Of a DNA stretch of 64,000 bases, positions 12,867 through 30,279 are shown in pieces. Each line of letters opens with the position of its first letter. Positions within the stretch are counted from its first letter, which is position 1. A program made the translations under genes and the position numbers. Origin of the DNA: Octopus vulgaris. Taxonomy: Eukaryota. Location: NCBI GenBank assembly GCA_951406725.2, contig OX597820.1:30194001-30258000 (forward strand), read 5' to 3'. The notes beneath the pieces were generated by a model. The model made no database searches. It saw nothing but the letters and a program-made list of their open reading frames with translations, and was not told the DNA's origin.

Positions 12867-13733
12867 CTGGGTCATCCCATAAATAATGCGGGTTTTTTTA
12901 TACTTCTTTTATTTTTCAAAATTAGACAAAGTTCTTTTTAATCTAAAATATATTCTCTTTCATTTTCTACAATGCTCTTCCATCTATCTGGTAGACTTGC
13001 AAGGCCCCTCTTCCAAAGTTCACTTGTCCATGACAAAAAATACTCCTCCAGTTCTGTTCTGACCTCGTCTACAGAATTCATATTTTTTTCGTCTAAATCA
13101 TTTCGAAGACTGCGGAAAAATGATAATCAGATGGGGAAATGTCCGGCGAATATGGTGGGTGGGGCATCGTTTCCCATTCAAACTGTTCTAGCCTTTGGAA
13201 TGCCATCTTCGCAGTACGTGGCCGAGCTTTATCCTGATGGAAGAACACCTTTCGTCTTGAAACCAAAGATGGTCGTTTTTCTTCTAGCGCTGACTTGAAT
13301 GACTGGTTGAATGACCAAATCCAAGCTTCTCTGCTAGTTCCTCGTCGTGCTCGACAGATGTTCCAGGACGAGGCTCGTCTTCTAGGCTATAGTTTCCGGC
13401 TCGGAATTTCTGGAATCACCGTTGACTCTGGCTTACGCTTATGGTCCGATCCCCATATACTGCATTAATATCCTCGCACTTTCCATTGCGTTGTTACTTT
13501 ATTGAACTCATAAAGCAAAATATGCCGAATATACTCCTTTGTCACTTCCATTATAGCTTTGAAAGAATAACTGCTGTAATCGAACTGCACTCTTCAAAAT
13601 TTGCACTAAGAATAATTATAAGGTAAAGTTAGTACCTGATTTTATAGCAAGTTGATGCAAGTAGTTTATCCCGTCCTCCTCCGAATTTTAGTTCACGCAG
13701 TTGAAAAAACTGCATTATTTATGGGGTGACCCA

Positions 13734-13734
<1 letters not shown>
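12867..13734 (-). mobile_element. Mariner (Hsmar1/cecropia-like) internally deleted transposon with TIRs and TA duplications
   Basis: TIRs CTGGGTCATCCCATAAATAATGC and GCATTATTTATGGGGTGACCCAA, flanked by TA at 12865 and 13735. Transposase pieces MEVTKEYIRHILLYEFNK, FRAGNYSLEDEPRPG, FHQDKARP and WETMPHPPYSPDISPSDYH. Confidence 0.92.
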
Positions 13735-13804
<70 letters not shown>

Positions 13805-13934
13805 TGCATATATATCAATATAAGTGTTCAATGGCTCAATGGAGCAATGCCTGGCGAGACAGGCCCCTTCTACGACCCTACGATACTTTAAGTTTCATGA
13901 CGGTGTGTCAATCTCTTATTAAATTTTACACACA

Positions 13935-14016
<82 letters not shown>

Positions 14017-14119
14017 CTTTGATACTTTGATAGGTTTCGGCCATTATTGGCCCAGGCCATGTCTAACTTAATAGCACCACCTGGTATATATATCATTAAA
14101 GGCATATATATATATATAT

Positions 14120-14411
14120 ATATTCGCCGGACATTTCCCCATCTGATTATCATTTATTCCGCAGTCTTCGAAATCATTTAGACGAAAAAAATATGAATTC
14201 TGTAGACGAGGTCAGAACAGAACTGGAGGAGTATTTTTTGTCACGGACAAGTGAACTTTGGAAGAGGGGCCTTGCAAGTCTACTAGGTAGATGGAAGAGC
14301 ATTGTAGAAAATGAAAGAGAATATATTTTAGATTAAAAAGAACTTTGTTTATCTAATTTTGAAAAATAAAAGAAGTATAAAAAAAAACGCATTATTTATG
14401 GGATGACCCAG
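14120..14411 (+). mobile_element. Inverted second copy of the 3' end of the mariner at 12867
   Basis: Reverse complement of 12867-13153 with few substitutions. Ends in the same TIR plus TA. Confidence 0.9.
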
Positions 14412-14719
14412 TATACACACACACACACATACACATACACACATATACATACATATACATGTATGTATATGTATATGTATATGTATGTATATGTATATGT
14501 ATGTATATGTGTATGTATGTATATATGTATGTGTATATATATATGTATGTGTATATATATATATATATCATTAAAGGCATGAAACTAGGTATTAGCATTT
14601 TCGGCCGATAACTGGTGAAATATTAGGGTCCTGCTGTCTGTCCTACATGTACGTTTTTTAGTATTTAATGCATTTTTCATTTATGGAATAACTGAACGCC
14701 ACGCATCCTGACTTTTGGT

Positions 14720-14756
<37 letters not shown>

Positions 14757-14767
<11 letters not shown>

Positions 14768-14980
14768 TTAGAGACAAAACCACTATTATGCAAATCAAAC
14801 AAAGACTTAATCCAATACATAAAAAAATTTATATAAATTAAATATAATTAATTTAATTATATTTAATTATATATTATATATCTTAATTATATTTAATTTT
14901 TATAAAAAATTTCATGTATTGGATTAAGTCTTTCTTTGTTTGATTTGCATAATAGTGGTTTTGTCTCTAATAATATTATA
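14757..14980. repeat. AT-rich palindrome (fold-back), arms about 90 bp
   Basis: AATATTATTAGAGACAAAACCACTATTATGCAAATCAAACAAAG...AATCCAATACAT is mirrored by ATGTATTGGATT...CTTTGTTTGATTTGCATAATAGTGGTTTTGTCTCTAATAATATT. Confidence 0.9.
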
Positions 14981-15062
14981 TTATATTTTACTATAAAATT
15001 GGATTCAATCCTAAATCTGATTTTTCCTTGTAAATTTGGATTTATTCCCTAATATTTATTAT

Positions 15063-15191
<129 letters not shown>

Positions 15192-15703
15192 AACTGCAAG
15201 AGGTTAGGGTAAATCCCAGCTGTTTCCTCTTGAAGCACATCTGCTTATTCCATTATTACAATCCAGTATGTAGTATCAGTTACTGCCACATGTTAGCTCA
15301 GAGTTTATATTAAGATTGAAAATTATGGGAATATTATTTGCAGATTTATCGTATAACAAAATAATTTAATTTCTCTTGGAAGAATTTCTAATAGATCCTG
15401 AACATGCCTGTATAACATGTGAAACTTTGTAATTCTTATGCGCAAATGAAACACATGTAATGATGAATAAATAATACCATTGAGAAATTTGCAGTTACAC
15501 TATTCAGATTTGGAAATTAAGGTTTATACCTGTAATTATTGGGGCCCTGCGATATGTAGCACATTGCCTAAATACCGATCATGAGAAATTAGGCTTCTCA
15601 AAAGCAGGAAGGAGAAAGCTGATTTGAAGACTACATATCCAAACCATTGTAAAAATCTGTAAAACTTTCCAGAAGTTTATCATTTAAGCATATATGAACA
15701 TGT

Positions 15704-16030
15704 TGTGAGGGCGCGTGGCTTAGTGGTTAGGGCATTCGGCTCATGATCGTAAGGTTGTGAGTTCGATTCCCGGCGACGCGTTGTGTCCTTGAGCAAGACA
15801 CTTTATTTCACGTTGCTCCAGCCCACTCAGCTGGCAAAAATGAGTTGTACTTGTATTTCAAAGGGTCAGCCTTGTCACTCTCTGTGTCACGCTGATTATC
15901 CCCGAGAACTACGTTAAGGGTACACGTGTCTGTGGAATGCTCAGCCATTTGCACGTTAATTTCACGAGCAAGCTGTTCCGTTGATCGTATCAGCTGGGAC
16001 CCTCGTCGTCGTAACCGGCGGAGTCTTTAA
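15704..16030 (+). mobile_element. Full-length SINE family A with 12-bp TSD
   Basis: TSD ATATGAACATGT at 15692-15703 and 16031-16042. A and B boxes present. CORE-like GTGTCCTTGAGCAAGACACTT. Long 3' module ending CGTCGTCGTAACCG. Confidence 0.92.
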
Positions 16031-16935
16031 ATATGAACATGTCTAAATACGCAACTATATGCATGAGAATACATACATAGAGCAAAACATATAAATCTGC
16101 ACATATACATACATTCACACAAAAATATCCTGCTGTTGAAATTCTACTGAAGGAACCCCGGATCTAGGTTAGAAACCAGCTCTTTCTCTATTGGCAAAAG
16201 ATCTTGAAATAAAACTGAATAATGACATTCATGGACAGACAGACTCCAAGTTTCTTGGTTTCTTCATTCATTCAGGAGACTTCACGGACGTGAACGAGTA
16301 AACGTACAAACGCACGAAGCGAGGATGTTGGAGTAGAGATGGATTCAATGAACTACTTCGAACAAATATATAGTAAAAATATAATAAAAATAAAAATAAA
16401 ATAAGAGATAGCAGCCTTCTACCAAAACTACGACCTCTTCACATTTCAGTGCTTTTACCAGTTTTCTAATAGATGTATGTAACTGAAGACATTGAAACTG
16501 AATTCTCGGACATTTTCTTGCACAGTAAAAAGACGATAAGAAAACGGGGAGGAAATGGCGACGAAGCACAAGAAAAAAAACAACAATGAGAAAGTCAAAT
16601 AGAAAAACAAATTAAGAAAAGTGATATAAAATAAAAAGGACGGAAGGGAAAAAGGAGCGGGGAGAAGGAAGAAGGAAATTATGTAAAAAAAAAAAAATGA
16701 TAACAGTGATAGCGGGAGGAAGAAGTTGAGGCTACTTAATGGTGTCTGGAAGCAAAACTAGATCTGATGAAAATAGTGAAGTGTTCTTAACTAATTCTTT
16801 GGTCGTTTATCAAGTATTTTTCATTCGTATTGTCACTGACGTTGCTGTTATTGTTGTTGTTGTTGTTGTCATCATCATCATTGCTGTCGTTGTCTTTGCT
16901 GCCGTTGCTGTTGTGGCGGCGGTGGTGGCGGTGGC

Positions 16936-16967
<32 letters not shown>

Positions 16968-17280
16968 TCGACGTTTTTTTTTTTTTGCTGTTGTTTATTG
17001 TTGTTGTTGTTGTTGAATTTCTGGCTATTGTTTCTCTGGACGATGTCGTGGTAACTGTTCTTCAAGGTCGCAGGATGGGTGGTGGCGAAGGAGAAAGAGA
17101 ACACGATGAAGAAAAGGGAGAAATGAGGGAGGCAGGGGGAAGAGGAGGAGGTGGAGAGTCATATGAGGGAGTAATGGGAGAAGAAAGAATGAAAGAAAGA
17201 AAAAGGAAAGAAAGAAAGAAAGAGAACGAAAGAAAGAGAAAGAAAGAAAGAAGACAACGAAAGAAAAAGAAAAATTACGA

Positions 17281-17323
<43 letters not shown>

Positions 17324-17426
17324 GTCGATGCAGTTCAGTAAAAATTGCAACTGTGTGGTTGCTAGGGTAAATAACCAGAGGTTGTTAAGGTTCAATGTTT
17401 GTTGAGAGTGAAGAACTTTATCTATG

Positions 17427-17457
<31 letters not shown>

Positions 17458-17604
17458 GCGGAGTGGGTTTCATATTAGACATGGAGTCCTGCATATACAA
17501 AAAAAAAAGAACGAGATGGTCATGGCAGAAGCGCTTTTAATCACCTGATTGGTAGTTGATCAGGTGATTGGGCAATTTCCTAAAATTAAGTATTGATGTC
17601 CAAG

Positions 17605-17837
17605 AGGCGAGCTGGCAGAAACGTTAGCACGTCGGGCGAAATGCTTAGCGGTATTTCGTCTGCCGCTTCGTTCTGAGTTCAAATTCCGCCGAGGTCGACT
17701 TTGCCTTTCATCCTTTCGGGGTCGATTAAAAAAGTACCAGTTACACATTGGGGTCGATGTAATTGACTTAATCCCTTTGTCTGTCCTTGTTTGTCCCCTC
17801 TATGTTTAGCCCTTTGTGGGCAATAAAGAAATAAGAA
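17605..17837 (+). mobile_element. SINE family B monomer with TSD
   Basis: GTCCAAGA(GGC) is duplicated at 17598 and 17838. Tail TGTGGGCAATAAAGAAATAAGAA. Confidence 0.9.
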
Positions 17838-18447
17838 GTCCAAGAGGCCTTGATCCCTGTTTATTACTCCTACCATATACATAAATTCCGTGTACATTAA
17901 AATGGTCATCATGATATTTGTTCAGAATGCCTTTTATTAAAGCGCTCAGTCCGCACTGGCCGACTTTACCGTTCATCTTTCGGATCGATAAAATAAATAT
18001 CGGTTAAGCACTGGGGCAGTGTTATTGACTTACCTATTCCCCTAAATCTGCTAATCTTGTACTAAAGTTGAAATCATTATTAAAAGTCTCCAGTCATGAT
18101 AAGAAGGAGATCGTTGCCGTCTGATGTGACGAGACTCAGCAAGAGAGCGGCATGGACACGTACCTTTTACTTGTCTGTCAGTCTTGTTTGTGGCGCATAT
18201 GCAGAGATTATTGGTGTTATGTTGCCTGCGACTTATCTAAACTTGACAGTTCTGGCATATACTCTGACTACCTTAGACAGAGGGGGGGGGAGATAGCGGT
18301 ACTATAACAAACTGGGATGATTGCCAATAATAAGACAATGCAAAAATTCAATAAAGGGCTTAAATTCATCTGGCGCTCTTGCTGGCCGCTGCTGGAACGT
18401 ATTTTCATCTCTCTTTGATATTTCGAGTGTTTTAACACAGCAATACG

Positions 18448-18864
18448 TATTTCTTTACTACCCACAAGGGGCCAAACACAGAGAGGACAAACAAGGACAG
18501 GCAAACGGATTAAGTCGATTATATCGATCCCAGTGCGTAATTGGTGCTTAATTTATCGACCCCGATAGGATGAAAAGCAAAGTCGACCTCGGCGGAATTT
18601 GAACTCAGAACGCAACGGCAGACGAAATACCTATTTCTTTACTACCCACAAGGGGCTAAACACAGAGGGGGACAAACAAGGACAGACAAACGGATTAAGT
18701 CGATCATATCGACCCCAGTGCGTAACTGGTACTTATTTAATCGACCCCGAAAGGATGAAAGGCAAAGTCGACCTCGGCGGAATTTGAACTCAGAACGTAG
18801 CGACAGACGAAATACCGCTAAGCATTTCGCCCGACGTGCTAACGATTCTGCCGGTTCGCCGCCT
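18448..18864 (-). mobile_element. SINE family B tandem dimer
   Basis: Head at 18817-18864, units at 18632-18816 and 18448-18631, with the same junction as at 4487. Confidence 0.9.
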
Positions 18865-20027
18865 TTACTCCCTTTTCAATGATGTGTACTCGCAGCCAGC
18901 CGCACTCTCGGACGAGAATTCCCCGTCTCTAATATAGGAAAAAGCCAATAAAACGTTAAATCGGTTAGCTAGCCGGTATAAGGTTTAATAGCAGTGAAGC
19001 TGGAAATTTGATTATCTTTTATCTCCCTTGCTTGTGGTTTTATCATTTCAAAGTAGCAGGAGATTATTTAAATTTAATGTCATATAATCTTTTAAAGGAG
19101 AGCAGACGTGATAGTGTGACCATAAATTTATAAATGGCAACATTAAATAAAGAATCATGGCAACTTTACTTCGCGCTGCTACTTTAGCTAATCGTCTTTC
19201 AGTATCAGAATCATGTACATACATTTATATATCATATCATATCATATATATATATATACATACATATACATATACATATATATATACATATACATATATA
19301 TACATATATATCATGTATACATGCAAACATACATACATACATACATACATACATACATACATACATACATACATACATACATACATGCATGCATACATAC
19401 ATACATACATACATACATGCGTACGTACATACATTCATACATACATACATACATACATACATACATACATACATACATACATACGTGTACTAACCATCTG
19501 TGTGCCATGCTTAACGTACTTGCACCACTGAAAGGCGTGATGTTGTGGTTTTCGTCTGAAAAAAAATCTCTTCCTATGCACGTTGTGTTACAAGCACAGT
19601 ATATATCAGAGTGAAGCGAACATCGGACATCGTCCCACTCGTAACTCACGGGAAACGGTATGGTGCGCAGATGTCTAGGTTTGATTTTAATGCTGCTTCA
19701 GTTGCGTACAGTGAATTTTTTTTCACTCTGGCAAGCTTTCTGCAATATCAGTGAATGTATTTTTCCCTGTTCGCTGTATATCGGAAGGGAGAAATTCCGC
19801 CTAGGCATGTGATGACTAGGTACACATTATTAACAGAGCCTAAAAAGGCGGAAACATACCTGACGTTCTGAGTACTGGGGTCGATGTTAGTGACTAAACC
19901 CCTCCCCTAAAATTTGCTAGTCCTGTGCCAAAGTGCGAAAGGATTAAGTTTGTGTTGGAACATGAATTATATAAAATTTTAACGGAAAGAGATCGCTTTT
20001 TGCCTTTTCCTAGAACCAAAGGCTGTC

Positions 20028-20380
20028 TCACTGTTCATATGCAACCCCCACATAAGCATCCCTGCTACACTTGAACTTCCCGCTCTCGGCACTTATGATA
20101 TGTCCAACACCGCAGGTTTCACACAAATCACTATGTCTAATCCTTCCTTTCCAAAACTCCTTCTTGTTTATGTCTTTCCTACCGGTGTTTACGTACAATA
20201 GTTTAAGAACATCAGTAACATCGATCTCATTGGTCTCGAAAAAGTCTGCAAAGGCCATGAGCACTTCCCTTTCATGCAGATCCAGCAAATCAAAAGACAA
20301 AAAGGAAGAAATTAACCCATGAGTCCCCTCATCAACAATCGGAAAAAGAAAGTTGAATGAAGAATATTTTAAAATATAGG
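20028..20380 (-). CDS. Candidate coding segment of unknown function (possible exon or pseudogene piece)
   Basis: Non-repetitive, stop-free frame of more than 110 codons with protein-like composition (LHEREVLMAFADFFETNEIDVTDVLKLLYVNTGRKDINKKEFWKG...). No secure splice sites and no recognised homologue. Confidence 0.25.
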
Positions 20381-20695
20381 GTTTTTTTTTTATTTTGTTT
20401 TGTTTTTTCTTGTTCTCTAATTTTTTTTACATTTAGAAAATTTCACCAAAAGCTCTGAGGTAGAAGTAAAACATCCTGGTCTGTAAAAACACTAAAAGAC
20501 ATGATTTCTAATCATCTGCAGAAATTTGGGAACATATTTTGCTCAGAAATAGCTGAAGAATTTAGAAAATCAGTTGTGAATAGTTAATTCTTTTGTCAGC
20601 AACCACTTTAAGCGAACAGTTTTTGAGAAAATGTCCTAAGTTTTAGCAAAGCTTCGTTATAATAATAATTCTTTTTGTGTTTTTTTTTTAATAAA

Positions 20696-20905
20696 TAATC
20701 GAACTTTAGATTAGTTAAAATATGTTTGTGACATATTTTGACTTCTAAAAGCAAAAACACGGCAGTTACCGTGGAGAAAAAATTCTTTCTGATGGTAAGC
20801 TCGTTTATTAGTAACCAGATTGTTTTCTCCGCAATAACTGCAGAGTATTTGCCTTTAGAAGTTAAAGCTACGCCATATACATATTTTAACTAAAGTTCGT
20901 TTATT
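20696..20905. repeat. Imperfect inverted repeat, arms about 85 bp (MITE-like or RNA hairpin)
   Basis: CGAACTTTAG..TTAAAATATGT..ACTTCTAAAAGCAAA..GCAGTTA..GGAGAAAA is mirrored by TTTTCTCC..TAACTGC..TTTGCCTTTAGAAGT..ACATATTTTAACTAAAGTTCG. Confidence 0.8.
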
Positions 20906-20948
20906 CCTAATCACTGCTTGGCGCTAATGTTGTTATAATTATATATAA

Positions 20949-21393
20949 ATAGCGGGACCCGTGAATATTTCCCGGAATTACTGGTAAACCTATTGAGTTA
21001 TTTCTAGAAACTTTATCCAAAAAGTGTAGCCTGTGTTATGCCTGTATCGAAAGATAGTCGCTGTATGGAAAGAAATTGGAATACGATGATTACTTAATGC
21101 ACTTTACATACTTTATACACAATTTTATAAACTTAATACGCAGCACTCATAAAATAAATATTCACTCTTATTTTTCCCTTTTTCCTATAGACAAAAAAAT
21201 ATCCTGTATATATGATACAACCTTTAGTTAAATTGCATATATCTGGCACGTACATAAACGTGAATATTTCCCTGAATTGCACTTATGCGCATGTTACGTG
21301 ATAGATGACATAAAAAAAAACTTAGTTCAACTTTTATAAAATACATTTTTCACTACCTACGTACCATCGCTACCTCCACCACCACCGTCATCA

Positions 21394-21464
<71 letters not shown>

Positions 21465-21758
21465 TAACTTCACCATCAGAACATCATCCCTCTGCTAAAA
21501 TTATATTTTTCACTCTCTTTCTCTATAATCACTACCTTCAACTAACTTTTTTAACCACGTCATAAATATTACGTTTCCCCTACCTCTTTCCTTTTTCTCT
21601 CTCCTCTCTTTCCCTGCAACTAATCACGTGAAAGCATTACAATCACACGTTATGGACGCTTCTCTCTCCCTCTTTTCTTTCTCCCTCTTTTTCTCTAATC
21701 ACGTGAAAGCGTTACTGACCGGCTATGTAACGTAATAACAAGTAGAATTATTATAAGA
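20949..21758 (-). mobile_element. Probable non-autonomous Helitron-like element
   Basis: Minus strand starts A|TCTTATAATAATTCTAC and ends with hairpin CCGGGAA-ATA-TTCACGG then GTCCCGCTAT|T. Contains an internal (CT)n and subrepeats. Confidence 0.5.
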
Positions 21759-21971
21759 TGTTAATAATTGTGAGCTTAAGAGGAAACACAAAGCAACAAG
21801 TCAAGTAAAGGAAGACAGCAATGATAGCCAAAATCACATCTAATGTATACTGAATAAATGACAAGGCAGAAAAGCGAACAACAAAGAGGGAAACTGACAT
21901 GAACATGTTCGGAGTATTGTTGACGAATTTGGGGGGAAAGGTAAAAGAAGGGATAAAACTGAGCAAGTAAA

Positions 21972-22225
21972 GTGGAGGCGCGTGGCTTAGTGGTTAAGGT
22001 GTTAGACTCGTGATTATAAGATTGCGGTTTCGATTCCTGGACCGGGCGATACGTTATGTTCTTAAGCAAAACACTTCCTTTCACGTTGCTCCAGTCCACT
22101 CAGCTGGCAAAAAGGAGTAACGCTGCGATGGACCGGTGTCCTGTCCAGGTGGGGAATTTATACACCACTGAAACCGGGAAACCGGCCATTATAAGCCTGG
22201 CATGACTCGAGCAGGAAACATTGCT
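21972..22225 (+). mobile_element. SINE family A
   Basis: Head GTGGAGGCGCGTGGCTTAGTGG, CORE-like segment and GAAACCGGGAAACCGG tail module, followed by (CTT)n(ATT)n. Confidence 0.88.
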
Positions 22226-22242
22226 TCTTCTTCTTCTTCTTC

Positions 22243-22299
<57 letters not shown>

Positions 22300-22779
22300 G
22301 TCAATATTAAAAGAAGAGTGCCATTGTTATCTTGTGAACGATATTTCGACATCTCGTGTGTGTTCAACTGGTTCAAAAAATAAATTTGTCAATCTACTTC
22401 ATTTTGGTTAATATATAAAGGATTGAGGTAACTCCTCCTGAAGATATAGAGTCAAAATTTGAAGAAGAGTGCCATAGTGAACGATATTTCGACATCTCGT
22501 GTGTGTTCAACTGGTTCAAAAAATAAATTTGTCAATCTACTTATAGACATGGGTGAACAAACTTTTGTAACAAAAACTGGAGAATCAAAAATACTGAAAT
22601 AGTTCGAGAAGTGTTAGATGGGAGAAATATCGTTAGTGTTAGTACTGAAATTGCGTGTACAGCTACCACTCCAACAACACTGCAAATACTTCTGAAGCTA
22701 CCATTACAAATAGCATTTAACCTAACACTGGAAAAGTCGCAGCAACTTTCGCCATAATCAGATTTACAAATACCACTTC

Positions 22780-23430
22780 AATGGCTACTGCTGTCACCAT
22801 GGTAAATAACACTACAATCCCTAATGGGATTACCATTGCAAATTACCACTGTAATTAGTGCAGAGATCGCCACTGCAATTACCACTGCAGATACCATTAT
22901 AATTAACTCTGCAATAACCAATGCAATGCAATTGCCAATATAATCACCACTACATTCGCCTCTGCAATCACCACTGCAATCGCCACTGCAATCGCCACTA
23001 CAATCGCCACTACAATCGCTACTACAATCGCCACTGCAATAGCCAATACAATTACCACTACAATCGCCACTGCAATAGCCAATACAATTACCACTACAAT
23101 CGCCACTGCAATAGCCAATACAATTACCACTACAATCGCCACTACAATAGCCACTAGAATCGCCACTATAACCGCCACTACAATCGCCACTGCAATCGAC
23201 ACTACAATCGCCACTACAATCGCCACTGCAATTGCCACTTTAGTTTCTAATGCAATCTCCATTGCAATTACAACTGCAAACACTAATGTAATTACCATTA
23301 CAATCAACACTGCAATCACCACTACAATCAATGCTACAATTACCACTAAAATTACCAATTTCAGTTAATAATGCAATCGCCACTGCAATCAGCACAACAG
23401 TCATCACTGTAATAGCTACTGCAATTTCTG
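22780..23430. repeat. 12-bp minisatellite (ACTRCAATCGCC) with a 36-bp higher-order repeat
   Basis: ACTACAATCGCCACTGCAATAGCCAATACAATTACC occurs three times at 23021-23128 and degenerates towards both edges. Confidence 0.85.
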
Positions 23431-23689
23431 CTAAGACACACCTTTGGGATCCTAGAGAAAAGGAAGATAAAGAAAGAGGGGGAAAGAAGAGAAGAGAGAG
23501 AGGGAGAGAAACTGAAAGTGAGGAAGAAAAAATTGAAAGAAGCATAAAGAGAAAGAGAGTGAGTAAAAATGTGGGGAGAGAGAGAGAGAGAGAGAGAGAG
23601 AAAAGCCTTTCTAGAGAGAAGCCTTTCTAAACACAATTGAACAGCTATCACAGCTGTTATACCACAAGCACACGTATACCACTCTAACA

Positions 23690-25250
23690 ATTACCAGAGT
23701 TATACCACAACTACTACCAGACTTCTACCACTATAGTTATACCTCTGCGACCTCTACGACAATTCTACCACAACAACGTCACCCACGGTTCTACCACAAC
23801 AAACACTATCAAAGTTCTACCACTACAACTTATTCTACAAATGTACTTCCACACATACCATTGCAACTTCTACCACAACAGTTATATTACTGCAGCCGCT
23901 ACCACAGTTCTACCACTACAGCTTCTGCCACAGATGTACTACTACAAACACTATCACAGTTCTGACACTACAACTTCTATCACGGGTATACCGCTACAAA
24001 CACTATGATCTTTTATCACTACAGCTTCCAGTATAAAAACTACTACAGTTCTAACACTTCAACGTCTACCAGAGGTATACCACTACAAACACTACCACGC
24101 TCATACCACTACAGATTCTACCACTACAGTTATACCACTGCAGTTGCTACCACAGTTCTACCATTAGAACTTCTACCACAGTTCTACCGCTACAGCTTAT
24201 ACTACAGATATACTCCCACACTATACCACAGATATCTCCCTCACTTCAACCATTATAACTTCTCCCGCAACAGCTATACTTCTGCAGCCGCTACCACAGT
24301 TCTACCATGGCAACTTCTACCATAGGTATACCACTACAAACACTACCACAATTCCAACAGTACAACTTCTACCACAGATGTATTACTACAACTACTACCA
24401 CACTTAATCCATCACAATTTCTACCTCTACAGTTATACCACTGCCGCTGCTATCACAGTTCTACCACTACAAACTTTTACTACAGTTCTACCGCTAAAAC
24501 TTCTACCACATTTATACTATTATTATTAGTGTACCGTTACACCAGCCACCGCTGGTATACTCCCACCTCTGGTATACTATTGCTACTACTACTACTTGTA
24601 TACCATTACAATCAACATTCTCCTGTTCTACCACTACAACTTTTACTACTATTATGTCACCACTAGTATACCACTACAACAGCCACAACTGGTATGTCTC
24701 AATAATCACCACAACCGCTGTTGCTACCACGAGCATTTTTATACCACTACAACCACTACTACTTTTAGATAACATTACTACCACTTTCACCACCACATCT
24801 ACCACCATTTTCACAACTCGCACTACTACCACCACCACCACCATCACTATTACCACTCCAACCACAATTCCACCATTACTCTCACCACTACTACTATTAT
24901 TATTACTCTCACTAACTACCGCCGTTCCCACAACTTTCATTACTACCCACCACTGCCACTACTCCTACCACAATGCTACCACCTCTACAATCATTACACT
25001 CACCACTACCACCAATGCTACCACCATTCCCACAACCACCACTACCACTGCTTCTACTACCACAATGTTGCCACTACTCCTACCGCTACTGTTACCATTA
25101 CTCTCACCACTTCCACCAATGCTACCACAAGCTACCACCACACATACCTTTGCTCAGACCACCACTGCAACTACCAACACCCCAACACCGCCACTGTAAG
25201 TGCTACAAACTACATACCCTGCATATACAATAACCACAACAACAACAACA
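23690..25250. repeat. Degenerate CTACCAC/ACTACA-rich low-complexity minisatellite
   Basis: Recurring CTACCACAGTTCTACCACTACA-like units that fade into (ACC/ACT)n. Confidence 0.8.
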
Positions 25251-25449
25251 GAATTGTGGAACCAGTCAAGGAGCTTCGATGTGGTCGAGATATCTGCTAG
25301 AAATAGCAGCCAAATTCTCTCAACTCCATTTTGGTGACTTATAAGAACAACATATTAGACAATGCAGGCCTGGATATAAAGAAGACGGGGTGGTCATGGC
25401 TGGAATGTTTTGATCACAGTTCTGCTCAATCAGAGTTGACCAGGGGTTT

Positions 25450-29655
<4,206 letters not shown>

Positions 29656-30279
29656 TTTTTTTTGTGAATGTGCATTTATTAGTTAAAGAAATGAAAAGTG
29701 ACAAAATATGACACAAGGAGGGAGACGAGACCTAGTGACAATCATTCATTTCCCCCCAAATAACATATGAAGCAGATGATATTTGAAAGATCCGTGCCTG
29801 GCAGGTCATGGCACGTTGGTCAGGGTCACAGTGGCTTTCTTCCCTACCACGCCTATCAAGTTGCCCCAGCTCACGTCTGATTCAGCTGATCTTATGAGGC
29901 GTATCAGTCGCCACCATCCCATATCATAACCCAGGCATTGTGTACCTTGGAGTACATTAACAATTGTGTCTTTGGTCTCTTTTCTTTTCGGTTTTTAAGA
30001 CGGTGAGGTCGGTGTTCATTTGAGAAGGATTTGGCTGCTATATCTAGCAGGTCAACAGACCTCGATGATACTCAGTAGTAGTAGTAGTTATATCTGTTGT
30101 TTTTGATTTTGCTCTCTTTCTTCCTCTTCTCCTTCCCCTTCTTCCTCTTCTTCTTCTTCCCCTTCTTCCTCTTCTTCTTCCCCTTCTTCCTTTTCTTCAT
30201 CCCCTTCTTACACTTCGCCTTCCCCTTCTTTCTCTTCTTCTTCAACAACAACTACTTTTTCATCTTCATTTTCTTCTTC

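Noticed and set aside
15704-15780. tRNA genes at SINE heads (also 7788, 21972, 35783, 55629)
   Set aside because: The A and B boxes continue into SINE bodies, several with TSDs, and there is no proper acceptor stem or terminator.
18096-18296. 66-aa ORF with a hydrophobic stretch
   Set aside because: Short, no recognisable motif, and no splice or promoter support.
22311-22541. ~80-bp direct duplication
   Set aside because: An ordinary local duplication with no structure or coding signal.
22903-23358. Antifreeze-like or transmembrane repeat protein
   Set aside because: A 12-bp minisatellite open on both strands, with no credible start or exon boundaries.
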